64,000 nucleotides of DNA, from contig CAYRIK010000005.1 in assembly GCA_964424345.1 (NCBI GenBank), forward strand, positions 5,883-69,882, in the 5' to 3' direction. Made by a program: the position numbers and the translations under genes. Position 1 is the stretch's first letter. The number at the start of each line of letters is the position of its first letter. Under the pieces are notes generated by a model, which was not told the origin of the DNA, did not search any database, and saw only the letters and a list, made by a program, of their open reading frames with translations. Positions 51,114 to 60,390 of the stretch are shown here, piece by piece. Source of the stretch: an uncultured Lachnospiraceae bacterium. GTDB lineage: Bacteria; Bacillota; Clostridia; Lachnospirales; Lachnospiraceae.

Positions 51114-51926
51114 CTATTCCAACTCCTCAAAAAGCTGTTTCATACATTTTCCAAACACCGGATGTACTTCATATGGTGCAATCTGTGCCATAGGTTTTAA
51201 TACAAAATCACGATTATGCATATCTATATGTGGTATGGTAAGTGTTTCCGTATGCATGATTGTATTTTCATACAATAAAATATCCAAATCTAACGTTCTT
51301 GGACCCCAATGTATCTCTCTTGTTCTATTGTGCTTTTGTTCCACTTCATGCAACTTATCTAACAACTCGCTTGGAGTATACAATGTTTCTACTTGGGCCA
51401 CACTATTTAAAAAATCCGCTTGTACGACTTCTCCATATGGTTTTGTCACAATATAATCTGCCACTTTCTTTATGCGAATTTTTGCATCTTCCCCTAATTC
51501 CTGTATTGCTGTATCTAGATGAGATTTTGTATCTCCCATATTAGAGCCAAGTGCAATATAAGCCTTTTTCCAACCACGTTTGATTTGCACAGAAACACTT
51601 TCAAAAGGAAGCGGTATCGGTGCTTGTGGCTTTCTTACTTCCAACGTGATATTTTTTATAAGTGGAAATGTAAGCAATACTGCTTCTGCACAAACTTCTG
51701 CTGCTTTTTCAATCAAATCATAAGATGTCTCTGTCATTTTTTCGTGTAAAAGCTGTGCTACTTCTCCATAATGCGTAGATGCTGTCAAATCATCTGTTTT
51801 TCCTGCTTTATACAGATCTGTTTCCATCACAGCATTGATATAAAAAAGCTGTCCTTTTTCTTTTTCTTCCGGAAACACACCATGATATGCATATATTTCC
51901 AAATTTTCTATTTTAATACAGTCCAT
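51114..51926 (-). CDS. folB/folK: bifunctional dihydroneopterin aldolase / 6-hydroxymethylpterin pyrophosphokinase
   Basis: 270 aa. FolB-like residues 1-120 (IENLEIYAYHGVFPEEKEKGQ) and FolK-like residues 125-270 (AYIALGSNMGD..WGPRTLDLDILLY). Confidence 0.88.
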   Translation of the reverse strand: MDCIKIENLEIYAYHGVFPEEKEKGQLFYINAVMETDLYKAGKTDDLTASTHYGEVAQLLHEKMTETSYDLIEKAAEVCAEAVLLTFPLIKNITLEVRKPQAPIPLPFESVSVQIKRGWKKAYIALGSNMGDTKSHLDTAIQELGEDAKIRIKKVADYIVTKPYGEVVQADFLNSVAQVETLYTPSELLDKLHEVEQKHNRTREIHWGPRTLDLDILLYENTIMHTETLTIPHIDMHNRDFVLKPMAQIAPYEVHPVFGKCMKQLFEELE

Positions 51927-51927
51927 A

Positions 51928-52749
51928 TCAACCTCTTCTTATCGCCTGTGTCATCTTAATTGCTCTTGCATTTGCCAAAACGTTATGTACTCGCACAAAG
52001 TTCCATCCCGCTCTAACTGCTTCTACCGTTGTAACTAATGTTCCTTCTTCTCGTTCTGTTGCCGGAAGATCCAACGTAAGTCCGATTACACTCTTTCTGC
52101 TTGTACCTAATAACATTGGATATCCTAACTGGTTAAACTCGTTTAATCTATGAAGCACTTGAAGATTTTGTTCATATGTTTTTGCAAAACCTACACCAGG
52201 ATCTAATATGATTTTTTCTTCTTTTATTCCTGCTCTTTTTGCAATATCCACACAATCCTGTAAATCTTCCAATACCTCTTTCATAAAATCAACATACTCT
52301 GGCTTTTTTCGATTGTGCATCAGGCAACAAGCTACACCCGTTTCAGAAATGACCTTTGCCATCTGGCCTTCATCATATTTCAACCCCCATATATCGTTGA
52401 TTAAATCGGCACCTGCCTGAATGCCTGCTTCTGCTACCTGATATTTGTATGTATCCAAAGAAATCGGCACTTCAAAATGTGTCTTAATTGCCTCTATAAC
52501 AGGTGCTACTCGCTCTATTTCTTCTGCAACCGGCACAAACGTATATCCAGGTCTTGTAGACTCTCCTCCGATGTCTAATATGTCGCAGCCTTGTTTTATC
52601 ATTTCTTCTGCATGAAACAAGGCAGTATCTTTTGCATTGAATTTACCGCCATCAGAAAACGAATCGGGAGTTACATTTAAAATTCCCATAATATATGTCT
52701 TGTCCACTAAAGAAAATACTTTTTTTCCAATTTGAATCTGCTCTACCAT
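51928..52749 (-). CDS. folP: dihydropteroate synthase
   Basis: 273 aa. IMGILNVTPDSFSDGG and DIGGESTRPG motifs. Confidence 0.93.
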   Translation of the reverse strand: MVEQIQIGKKVFSLVDKTYIMGILNVTPDSFSDGGKFNAKDTALFHAEEMIKQGCDILDIGGESTRPGYTFVPVAEEIERVAPVIEAIKTHFEVPISLDTYKYQVAEAGIQAGADLINDIWGLKYDEGQMAKVISETGVACCLMHNRKKPEYVDFMKEVLEDLQDCVDIAKRAGIKEEKIILDPGVGFAKTYEQNLQVLHRLNEFNQLGYPMLLGTSRKSVIGLTLDLPATEREEGTLVTTVEAVRAGWNFVRVHNVLANARAIKMTQAIRRG

Positions 52750-52765
52750 GATGTCACCTCTAATA

Positions 52766-53656
52766 TTATTTTTCTATTATAATCGGAATTGCTCTGGAAA
52801 TATTGTCTATGATAACCCGTTCATGACTGCCACCAAATTCCCCATCTAACGTCCAATCTATTGACGTCTCACCCTCAATAGTAAGCTGTGCTGTTTTAAA
52901 ACAGGTAATACAAGCAGAATCCAGTCTTCTTGTCACTAACGATGTAATAATATTATTTAACTCTATTGCATTCGATGGTCTTTTAATTAACGTAACTTCA
53001 AACTTGCCATCATCTAATGCAACATGTTTTCCTGTCATATTTTTAAAACCGCCTACATAAACAGAATTGGCGATCATACCATATATATAATCGCCTTCTT
53101 CTGTCACTTCATCACATACTATTTTCATCTTATAAGACTTTATAGAAGAAAGACTCTTAATTCCTTGTAAAATATACGCAGTATGACCAAGTATATTTTT
53201 CATCTGCTGATCTGTTGCATAAGATACTTCTGTAAAAATGCCAAATGCCGCAACATACACAAAAGAAGCATCATTAAACTGTCCTATATCACAATGAAAT
53301 ACTTTTCCATCTACGATTGTGCGTGCTGCCTGCAGCATATTGTTGGAAATTCCAAGACTATGTGCAAAATCATTCGTACTGCCTGCTGGGATATAACCGA
53401 TAGGTATTTCCTCTTTACAGTGCATCATACCGGCAACAACTTCATTCAATGTGCCGTCACCACCACTGCATACAACTAAATCGTAATAGTCTTTTTTTCT
53501 GTCTTTTGTAAGTCGAAAAGCATCTTTGACCTTTTGGGTAGTGTATACCGTCACTTCAAAACCTGCTTTTACAAAAATATCAACTATGTCTAACAGATAA
53601 TTTTTTATTTTCGCCTTTCCAGCCTTCGGGTTCAATATAAATAGTACGTTCTTCAA
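52766..53656 (-). CDS. YegS/BmrU/DagK-family lipid kinase
   Basis: 296 aa. ILNPKAGK and GGDGTLNEVVAGM motifs. Confidence 0.85.
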   Translation of the reverse strand: MKNVLFILNPKAGKAKIKNYLLDIVDIFVKAGFEVTVYTTQKVKDAFRLTKDRKKDYYDLVVCSGGDGTLNEVVAGMMHCKEEIPIGYIPAGSTNDFAHSLGISNNMLQAARTIVDGKVFHCDIGQFNDASFVYVAAFGIFTEVSYATDQQMKNILGHTAYILQGIKSLSSIKSYKMKIVCDEVTEEGDYIYGMIANSVYVGGFKNMTGKHVALDDGKFEVTLIKRPSNAIELNNIITSLVTRRLDSACITCFKTAQLTIEGETSIDWTLDGEFGGSHERVIIDNISRAIPIIIEK

Positions 53657-53663
53657 GTCATCC

Positions 53664-54146
53664 TCACCACTGCATTATTTTATTTTTTCTTTCTTCACTC
53701 CAGTCACAGCTGTCACTTGCCTGACAACTATAGCAAGCTCTACTCAACTGGTCTGCTCTTGCCAACAATCCATTTAATGTTCTTTCATGAATCAGTTTCT
53801 TATCGCTGTGCGTATAAATTGCATCTGTAATTTTTTGAATATCTTGTTCACAAAATCCACAATCAATCAATATTTCAGGTGCCAATCTTGCACTGACAAA
53901 CGCATGCTTTTCCTTTGTTTCATATTGTACATGACGACCAATATCATGTAACAACGCAGATGCATAAATCAGCTCTTTGGAAAATCCATACGATTCTTCT
54001 ATATTTAAAATATACGCAATACGAGCTACATCCATAATGTGGGACATATTGTGTCTGCAAAAAATACGATCCGCTTCTTTTTCTTGATTTGCCTGCATAT
54101 ATGTTTGAAAAAGTGGATGTTTTAAAATCTGATTTATCTTATCCAT
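53664..54146 (-). CDS. HD-domain phosphohydrolase
   Basis: 160 aa. H..(MSHIMDVARIA) and LLHDIGR HD motif, plus a C-terminal Cys-rich tail CYSCQASDSCDW. Confidence 0.7.
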   Translation of the reverse strand: MDKINQILKHPLFQTYMQANQEKEADRIFCRHNMSHIMDVARIAYILNIEESYGFSKELIYASALLHDIGRHVQYETKEKHAFVSARLAPEILIDCGFCEQDIQKITDAIYTHSDKKLIHERTLNGLLARADQLSRACYSCQASDSCDWSEERKNKIMQW

Positions 54147-54147
54147 A

Positions 54148-54702
54148 TTATTTTACCATTTGAAAAAACTGTTGTTTTAAACTATCGTTATGCACAAACT
54201 CTCCTCGGCATGCCGTCGTTACTGTTTTTGTTCCAGGCTTTTTTACACCTCGCATCGTCATACACATATGTTCTGCTTCTATATAGACCATAACGCCCTT
54301 TGGCTTTAAATACTCCATAATCGCATCTGCAATCTGATTATTGAGCTGTTCCTGAATCTGTGGTCTTCTTGCAAACACTTCTACTGTACGTGCCAATTTA
54401 CTAAGACCTACTACTTTTCCGTCTGGAATATATGCAATATGTGCTTTTCCATAAAACGGCATCAAATGATGTTCACAAAGAGAATATAATGGAATATCTT
54501 TTTCAATGACAATCTCATTATAAGATGCGGTAAATGTCTTAGATAAATGTTCCTCGGCACTTTCATCCAGACCACCGCAGATTTCTGCATACATGCGGGC
54601 AACTCTGTCTGGCGTATCCTTTAACCCTTCTCTATTTACATCTTCTCCAATTCCTTCTAATAACAGTCTAATGGCCGCTTCTACTTTTGCTTTATCTACC
54701 AT
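54148..54702 (-). CDS. folE: GTP cyclohydrolase I
   Basis: [12 protein letters not shown] and [10 protein letters not shown] motifs. ATG at 54702 lies 19 nt after the folC stop. The track start at 54789 is inside folC. Confidence 0.93.
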   Translation of the reverse strand: MVDKAKVEAAIRLLLEGIGEDVNREGLKDTPDRVARMYAEICGGLDESAEEHLSKTFTASYNEIVIEKDIPLYSLCEHHLMPFYGKAHIAYIPDGKVVGLSKLARTVEVFARRPQIQEQLNNQIADAIMEYLKPKGVMVYIEAEHMCMTMRGVKKPGTKTVTTACRGEFVHNDSLKQQFFQMVK

Positions 54703-54721
54703 GTTAGCAAACCGCCCTTCT

Positions 54722-56023
54722 TTATTTGTTTTTATCCAATCGCTTTTGATATATTTGTTTAATTGCACCAAGATAAGATAAGGAACCAAAACATAAAATA
54801 ACTGTATCCTTATCTGCTAATAAATGAGAAACCTCTACAGCTTCCTCTAAGCTGCTAAGATTTGTCACTTGATTATGATATACACCTGCTGCCTTTGCAA
54901 GCTCTAATGCATCTAATGCTCTTGGGTTATTTGGAGGTGTAATCGTTAAAATATGCTCTGCATACTTTGCAGTCAATGCAAGTACCTTCTCATACTCTTT
55001 ATCTTTTAAAACGCCCATAATAAAGATGATACGCTTATCTTTAAAATACAGTTCTATTGCATTTGCAAGCTGCTTTGCTGCATCTTCATTATGCGCCCCA
55101 TCTATGACAAACATTGGATGCTTGCCAAGCACTTCTAAACGTGCCTGCCATGTAGTATCTTCCAATCCTTTATAGATTGCCTTATCAGAAATTTCTAATC
55201 CATTTTCACGAAGCTGCAGCATAACTTCTACTGCTAATACTGCATTTGCAATCTGACACACACCTGCAAGGTGAATTTTTAACTTAGAAAAAGTTTTGTA
55301 ACTAAACTGCTGTGTCGCAAGCCCATACTTCACACCAGTTGCCTGTGATACATCTGCAATCACAAGTTCTTGTCCTAACTGCTCTGCCTTTTCTTTCAGC
55401 ACGTTTTCTGCTTCTGGCTGCTGTTTACAGCTTACAAGTACAGCACCTTTTTTAGCAATGCCTGCCTTTTCGGATGCAATTTTTTCTAATGTATTTCCAA
55501 GAATACCCATATGATCCATACTGATAGAAGCCCATACGCAAGCAAGCGGTTTCGTAATGACATTTGTGGCATCTAGTGTGCCTCCCATGCCAACTTCCAT
55601 TACAACTACATCACACTCTTTTTCAGAAAAATACAAAAATCCGAGTGCAGTTTCTACTTCAAACGGAGTCGGATGTGGATACCCTTCTGATACCAATTCT
55701 TCACATACCATTTTCATACGTTCCATATAAGCACATAAATCTTTTTGTGTAATCATACGCGTTCCAATTTGAAAACGTTCTCTGTAATCGGAAATTGTTG
55801 GTGAAATATAACGTCCTACTCGATATCCTTGTGCCATGAGCATATGTGACATATATGCACAAACAGAACCTTTTCCATTCGTTCCTGCTACATGAATAAA
55901 TTTACAACGTTCTTCCGGATGTCCTAACTTCTCGCATAAACGGTACATATTGTCCAATCCAAGTACAGAACCATATTGTTTCAAGGAATCTATATATTCT
56001 AATGTTTCTTTATAACTTGCCAT
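54722..56023 (-). CDS. folC: bifunctional folylpolyglutamate synthase / dihydrofolate synthase
   Basis: [11 protein letters not shown]-loop and a Mur-ligase fold. ATG at 56023 ([11 protein letters not shown]). The track extension to 56089 overlaps the predicted promoter. Confidence 0.9.
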   Translation of the reverse strand: MASYKETLEYIDSLKQYGSVLGLDNMYRLCEKLGHPEERCKFIHVAGTNGKGSVCAYMSHMLMAQGYRVGRYISPTISDYRERFQIGTRMITQKDLCAYMERMKMVCEELVSEGYPHPTPFEVETALGFLYFSEKECDVVVMEVGMGGTLDATNVITKPLACVWASISMDHMGILGNTLEKIASEKAGIAKKGAVLVSCKQQPEAENVLKEKAEQLGQELVIADVSQATGVKYGLATQQFSYKTFSKLKIHLAGVCQIANAVLAVEVMLQLRENGLEISDKAIYKGLEDTTWQARLEVLGKHPMFVIDGAHNEDAAKQLANAIELYFKDKRIIFIMGVLKDKEYEKVLALTAKYAEHILTITPPNNPRALDALELAKAAGVYHNQVTNLSSLEEAVEVSHLLADKDTVILCFGSLSYLGAIKQIYQKRLDKNK

Positions 56024-56057
56024 GTTCTTTCCCAGCCATATCTCAAAATTTGCACTC

Positions 56058-56086
56058 AGTATAACACACCAAAAACAGAGTATCAA
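56058..56086 (-). promoter_or_regulatory. candidate sigma-A promoter of the folate operon
   Basis: Minus strand reads TTGATA-17 nt-TATACT with an extended TGT. Confidence 0.45.
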
Positions 56087-56111
56087 CAAAAACTATCAAT
56101 TTTATAATTTA

Positions 56112-56151
56112 CAAAACGGGTATGACATACCCATTTGTATATCATACCCGT
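56112..56151 (-). terminator. probable terminator between Cys-rich gene and folC
   Basis: acgggtatga..tcatacccgt 10-bp stem, or a nested GGGTA..TACCC hairpin, followed by TTTTG on the minus strand. Confidence 0.45.
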
Positions 56152-56165
56152 CTCATATTTTTTAT

Positions 56166-56414
56166 TTATTCACTTAATAACTTTATGATCAAATCATAAT
56201 TTTCTGGTTTATGTGGAAATGTACAATCCATACAAGATTTAATCTTTTCCCCATTTTTCTCTATATATGTATGTTTTCCCGGACAATTTGGTCTAGAATA
56301 CAGCGGACAATAACAAAACAGACAGTTAAACTCCTCTAATCCTTCATGACATGGAAAATATTTACATGCTCTATTTTCAAAAAAACGATAAGATTGCTCC
56401 ATTGTATTTTTCAC
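56166..56414 (-). CDS. cysteine-rich small domain protein (putative metal-binding)
   Basis: 78-82 aa (ATG at 56402 or GTG at 56414) with 10 Cys: CKYFPCH, CLFCYCP, CPG, CMDC. Confidence 0.6.
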   Translation of the reverse strand: MKNTMEQSYRFFENRACKYFPCHEGLEEFNCLFCYCPLYSRPNCPGKHTYIEKNGEKIKSCMDCTFPHKPENYDLIIKLLSE

Positions 56415-56455
56415 CTTCCTACACTAAACACAGCACTGAAAGATACTAAATTTTA

Positions 56456-57682
56456 TTATTTCTGCTTGTATCCGTCTAAGAATTCACCCATACGCTTCAT
56501 AGCATCTGCTAATACTTCTGCTTCTGGAAGCATTACGATACGGAAGTGATCTGGCTGAGCCCAGTCAAAACCACTGCCTGGTACTAATAAGATATTTGTA
56601 GCATGTAATAAATCTCTTGCAAATACCTTGTCGTTTGTGATGTTGAACTTCTTTACATCTAACTTAGGGAATAAGTAGAATGCTGCATCGTTCTTTACAA
56701 AGCTAAGACCATCAATCTTTGCAAGTTCTCTTGTACAAGCTTCTCTCTGTTCAAAAATACGTCCGCCTGGTGCTACCATAGATGCTGGAGTTGCCATATC
56801 ATCTAATGCTGCTGGGATAACAAGCTGTGCTAATGTATTTGCACATAATCTCATAGATGTAAGCTGAATGATACCCTGACGATAACCTTCTGTTAATTCA
56901 CGAGGACCGCTGATAACCATCCATCCGCAACGGTAACCGCACAGACAATGAGACTTAGAAAGACCATTCATTGTTACAACTGGGATATCTGGAGCTAATG
57001 CTGCTGTAGAAGTATGCTTTAAACCATCCATTACTAAACGGTCATAAATTTCATCAGAGAAAATGATAAGACCATGTTCTCTTGCTAAATCTATAATCTG
57101 TGTTAATACTTCTTCTGGATACAAAACACCTGTAGGGTTGTTTGGGTTGATGATAACGATTGCTTTTGTCTTAGAAGTAATCTTAGAACGCATATCGTTT
57201 ACATCTGGATACCAGTGTGCTTTTTCATCACAAACATAGAATACTGGCTTACCACCTGCTAACAATACAGAGTTGCCCCATAAAGAATAACTTGGAGATG
57301 GAACTAATACTTCATCACCGTCATCTAATAATGGCATTAATGCAAAGTTTACTACTTCACTTACACCATTTCCGATGAATACATCATCTGCTGTGATTCC
57401 CTGAATACCTTTTGTTTTTTCGTATTCACAGATAGCTTCACGTGCATTTGGCATACCCTTAAAGTCACAGTAGCCAAGACCTTTTGCTTCCTGACCTGCT
57501 AATGCATCTTCAATACTCTTTGGAAGCTTGAAACCAAATGTTGCAGGGTTACCTGTATTTAATTTTAATACATCGATACCATTTGCCTGCATCTGCATTG
57601 CTTCTACAAATAATGGTCCACGGATATCGGAATGTACATCTTTCATTCTGTCCGCTACTTTAATTCCATTCATCATGTTCAC
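56456..57682 (-). CDS. PLP-dependent aminotransferase, AlaA-like (class I/II)
   Basis: 408 aa. DIRGPLFVEA..VLKLNTGNPATFGF N-terminus as in the AlaA family, and PLP-lysine context NGLSKSH. Confidence 0.86.
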   Translation of the reverse strand: MNMMNGIKVADRMKDVHSDIRGPLFVEAMQMQANGIDVLKLNTGNPATFGFKLPKSIEDALAGQEAKGLGYCDFKGMPNAREAICEYEKTKGIQGITADDVFIGNGVSEVVNFALMPLLDDGDEVLVPSPSYSLWGNSVLLAGGKPVFYVCDEKAHWYPDVNDMRSKITSKTKAIVIINPNNPTGVLYPEEVLTQIIDLAREHGLIIFSDEIYDRLVMDGLKHTSTAALAPDIPVVTMNGLSKSHCLCGYRCGWMVISGPRELTEGYRQGIIQLTSMRLCANTLAQLVIPAALDDMATPASMVAPGGRIFEQREACTRELAKIDGLSFVKNDAAFYLFPKLDVKKFNITNDKVFARDLLHATNILLVPGSGFDWAQPDHFRIVMLPEAEVLADAMKRMGEFLDGYKQK

Positions 57683-57789
57683 ATTCTCCTTTTTCTTTCA
57701 TAAGAAAATTCTATTTTTAATTTATATTGTTCAAGCGATAACCACACTTGACAGTATCATACCTAAAATATACAATATAATCAAATACC

Positions 57790-57810
57790 TATAATTGTAT
57801 ATGAGTTATA
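57790..57810. promoter_or_regulatory. candidate LysR-type T-N11-A box
   Basis: TATAA-N11-TTATA in the 159-nt divergent region between the aminotransferase and LysR genes. AT-rich background makes chance occurrence plausible. Confidence 0.25.
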
Positions 57811-58139
57811 GTTTTTTTAATATAACCTTGCGAGGTCCATTATGTTTACTTGGAAAAAATATGTGTATGAAATCTACAAAGAAAAAAGTTTCTCAAAAGC
57901 TGCTCAAAATCTATATATCAGCCAGCCTTCTTTAAGTGCCCGCATCAAAAAAGTAGAACAACTTCTTGGTGCCCCTATCTTTGACCGAAGTACCTCTCCG
58001 CTTCGCCTTACGGAAATCGGAGAAGAATATATAAAATCCTGTGAAGAAATCTTTCAGATTGAGCAAAATATGGAAAACTGCATCAATAATCTCAATACAC
58101 TGAAATCAGGTCATCTATCCATGGGTGGAAGCAACCTTT

Positions 58140-58654
58140 TGGCAGCCTATGTTATTACACCTATGATCACTCGTTTCAAACAAACATATCCAGACGTTAC
58201 AATTCAGCTCACAGAAGGAAATACAGCTCAACTAGAAGCCCTGCTTGCAAACAATACACTGGATTTTGTAATTGACAACCATCGATATGACGCTGCCTTA
58301 TACAGCAAAGAATTTTATTGTAATGAAGATATTTTGCTCACTGTCCCAAAATCTTTTGAGATCAACCAGTCTCTTACAAAATATCAGCTTTCTTATGAGG
58401 ATATCCGCGAAAAAAACTATCGCAATCCTTCTCATCCAGCTGTTCCTTTACATACCTTTGCAGATACGCCTTTTATTATGCTTACGCCTGGAAATGACAC
58501 ACGCCTTCGTGGAGAAAAACTATGTAAATATGCTGGATTTCATCCAAATATCGTTTTGGAATTAAACCAGCAGGCCACCGCTTATATGGCTGCTTCTACA
58601 CAGCTTGGTGCAACCTTTATCAGTGACCTTTTAGTTTCCAGACTTCCTTCCTTT
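58140..58654 (+). repeat. tandem duplication, copy 1 (515 bp)
   Basis: Base-by-base comparison shows identity with 58655-59169. CCTTT microhomology at 58135-58139, 58650-58654 and 59165-59169. Confidence 0.9.
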
Positions 58655-59169
58655 TGGCAGCCTATGTTATTACACCTATGATCACTCGTTTCAAACAAAC
58701 ATATCCAGACGTTACAATTCAGCTCACAGAAGGAAATACAGCTCAACTAGAAGCCCTGCTTGCAAACAATACACTGGATTTTGTAATTGACAACCATCGA
58801 TATGACGCTGCCTTATACAGCAAAGAATTTTATTGTAATGAAGATATTTTGCTCACTGTCCCAAAATCTTTTGAGATCAACCAGTCTCTTACAAAATATC
58901 AGCTTTCTTATGAGGATATCCGCGAAAAAAACTATCGCAATCCTTCTCATCCAGCTGTTCCTTTACATACCTTTGCAGATACGCCTTTTATTATGCTTAC
59001 GCCTGGAAATGACACACGCCTTCGTGGAGAAAAACTATGTAAATATGCTGGATTTCATCCAAATATCGTTTTGGAATTAAACCAGCAGGCCACCGCTTAT
59101 ATGGCTGCTTCTACACAGCTTGGTGCAACCTTTATCAGTGACCTTTTAGTTTCCAGACTTCCTTCCTTT
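58655..59169 (+). repeat. tandem duplication, copy 2 (515 bp)
   Basis: Identical to 58140-58654. The ORF track also shows identical 97-aa shadow ORFs at 58272 and 58787, offset by 515. Confidence 0.9.
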
Positions 59170-59292
59170 GAAAGCCTTGTTTACTATAAACTCAGTCATG
59201 AAGAAGCCAAACGAGAGCTATACTTTTATTACAAGAAACATAAATACATCACACGCGCAATGAAAGAATTTATTGCTATCATGCACGAATAA

Positions 59293-60390
59293 TTATTTCT
59301 TTTCAAACACTTCGTATCCTACCGTTATATGCAGATATTTCATATATTTTGCATAAGCGGTCGGAATCGGATATTTCTCTCTTGTTTCATCTGGTTCTAC
59401 AAACAACCATTCTTTTGGAACATTTCTGTGGTCCAATTCATCCACACGAATCATATACCCTTTCATATGCCATTCTTTGTGTGTAAAAATATGCTTTGCA
59501 TCTTCTAATGGCTTAATCCAGATTGTCTCTAATCCCTGTTGCTTCAGATATGCTATAATTTCTTGTTCTGTCACATATCCTTCCATGACCGGAAATTCAT
59601 ACATACCCGCAAGCAGACCTTTAGATGGTCTTTTCACAAGTATAGTCTTATTTTCATCTCGTAAAATTAAGACGGTTCGTTCTTCTGTAATACGAGCTTT
59701 TTTCGGTGCTTTATATGGATACGCAAGCTCTGTTCCATGTAAATGTGCTTTACAAAATGTCTGAAATGGACACTGTGCACACTTTGGTGCACCATTTGGC
59801 ACACAGACCATTGCTCCAATTTCCATAAGTGCTTGATTAAAATCTCCCGGTCTGTCTTTTGACATTGCTGCTAAAATCCTGTTTTCCCAGTCTTTTTTTA
59901 CAGTTGCCGACAAAACATCTCTTTCATCTTCAAATACACGTGACATTACACGAAGAACATTTCCATCTACTGCCGGAACTGCTTTACCATAAGCAATGGA
60001 AGCAACTGCACCTGCAGTGTAACTTCCGATTCCTGGAAGTTTTAACAATTCAGAAACCTCATCAGGCATTTTTCCATGATATTGTTCCATCACAATTTTG
60101 GCTGCTTTTCCAAGATTTCGTACACGACTGTAATATCCAAGCCCTTCCCAAAGCTTTAATAATTCCTCTTCCTCAGCCATAGCTAGACTTTCTATGTCCG
60201 GCAAAGCATCCATAAATCTCGCAAAATAAGGTTTTACTGCCTCTACCCTTGTCTGCTGAAGCATAATTTCCGATACCCAGACGCGATATGCCGTAGGCTC
60301 TTCACGCCATGGCAGTATACGTCTGTTTGCATCATAATATGCCAACAAGGGCTGTATCATGTCTGTTATCGTTATCTCAATCTGTTGCAT
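59293..60390 (-). CDS. mutY: A/G-specific adenine DNA glycosylase
   Basis: 365 aa. HhH-GPD (LPGIGSYTAGAV), 4Fe-4S cluster CVPNGAPKCAQCPFQTFC, C-terminal NUDIX-like domain. Confidence 0.92.
   Translation of the reverse strand: MQQIEITITDMIQPLLAYYDANRRILPWREEPTAYRVWVSEIMLQQTRVEAVKPYFARFMDALPDIESLAMAEEEELLKLWEGLGYYSRVRNLGKAAKIVMEQYHGKMPDEVSELLKLPGIGSYTAGAVASIAYGKAVPAVDGNVLRVMSRVFEDERDVLSATVKKDWENRILAAMSKDRPGDFNQALMEIGAMVCVPNGAPKCAQCPFQTFCKAHLHGTELAYPYKAPKKARITEERTVLILRDENKTILVKRPSKGLLAGMYEFPVMEGYVTEQEIIAYLKQQGLETIWIKPLEDAKHIFTHKEWHMKGYMIRVDELDHRNVPKEWLFVEPDETREKYPIPTAYAKYMKYLHITVGYEVFEKK

Larger units (their letters stand above)
57842..59292 (+). pseudogene. LysR-family transcriptional regulator disrupted by an internal 515-bp tandem duplication (frameshift)
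   Basis: N-terminal wHTH (FSKAAQNLYISQPSLSARIKKVE). The first ORF stops at 58681, 8 out-of-frame codons after the duplication junction. The second ORF (58654-59292) repeats residues AAYVITPMITRF...VSRLPSF and then carries the true C-terminus. Removing one copy restores a single 311-aa ORF. Confidence 0.85.

Noticed and set aside
54703-54789. Over-extended N-termini in the ORF track (folE to 54789, folC to 56089, mnmA to 13705, aroA to 28093, groEL to 32114, GT2 to 39463, SpoVB-like from 15377, ABC-F from 21349 and to 62768, pgk to 9565)
   Set aside because: The extensions use alternative start codons and overlap upstream genes, promoters, terminators or the RBS itself. Internal ATG/TTG starts with proper Shine-Dalgarno spacing give canonical protein lengths.
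56090-56165. Possible THF or other riboswitch, or an attenuator with alternative hairpins, upstream of the folate operon
   Set aside because: The region is only 76 nt and is taken up by a terminator hairpin plus a promoter. Both possible pairings of the repeated GGGTATG arm precede the same T-run, so there is no terminator/antiterminator logic.
58654-59292. Second LysR-like ORF as an independent effector-domain-only gene
   Set aside because: It is the duplicated part of the same gene. Its apparent start is a TTG created within the repeat, it has no RBS, and its DNA is identical to copy 1.
59290-59295. LysR and mutY stop codons abut (TAA/TTA back to back) with no intergenic terminator
   Set aside because: This is real but ordinary genome compaction. 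No hairpin or regulatory structure can be attached to it, so it is noted only as context for the duplication finding.
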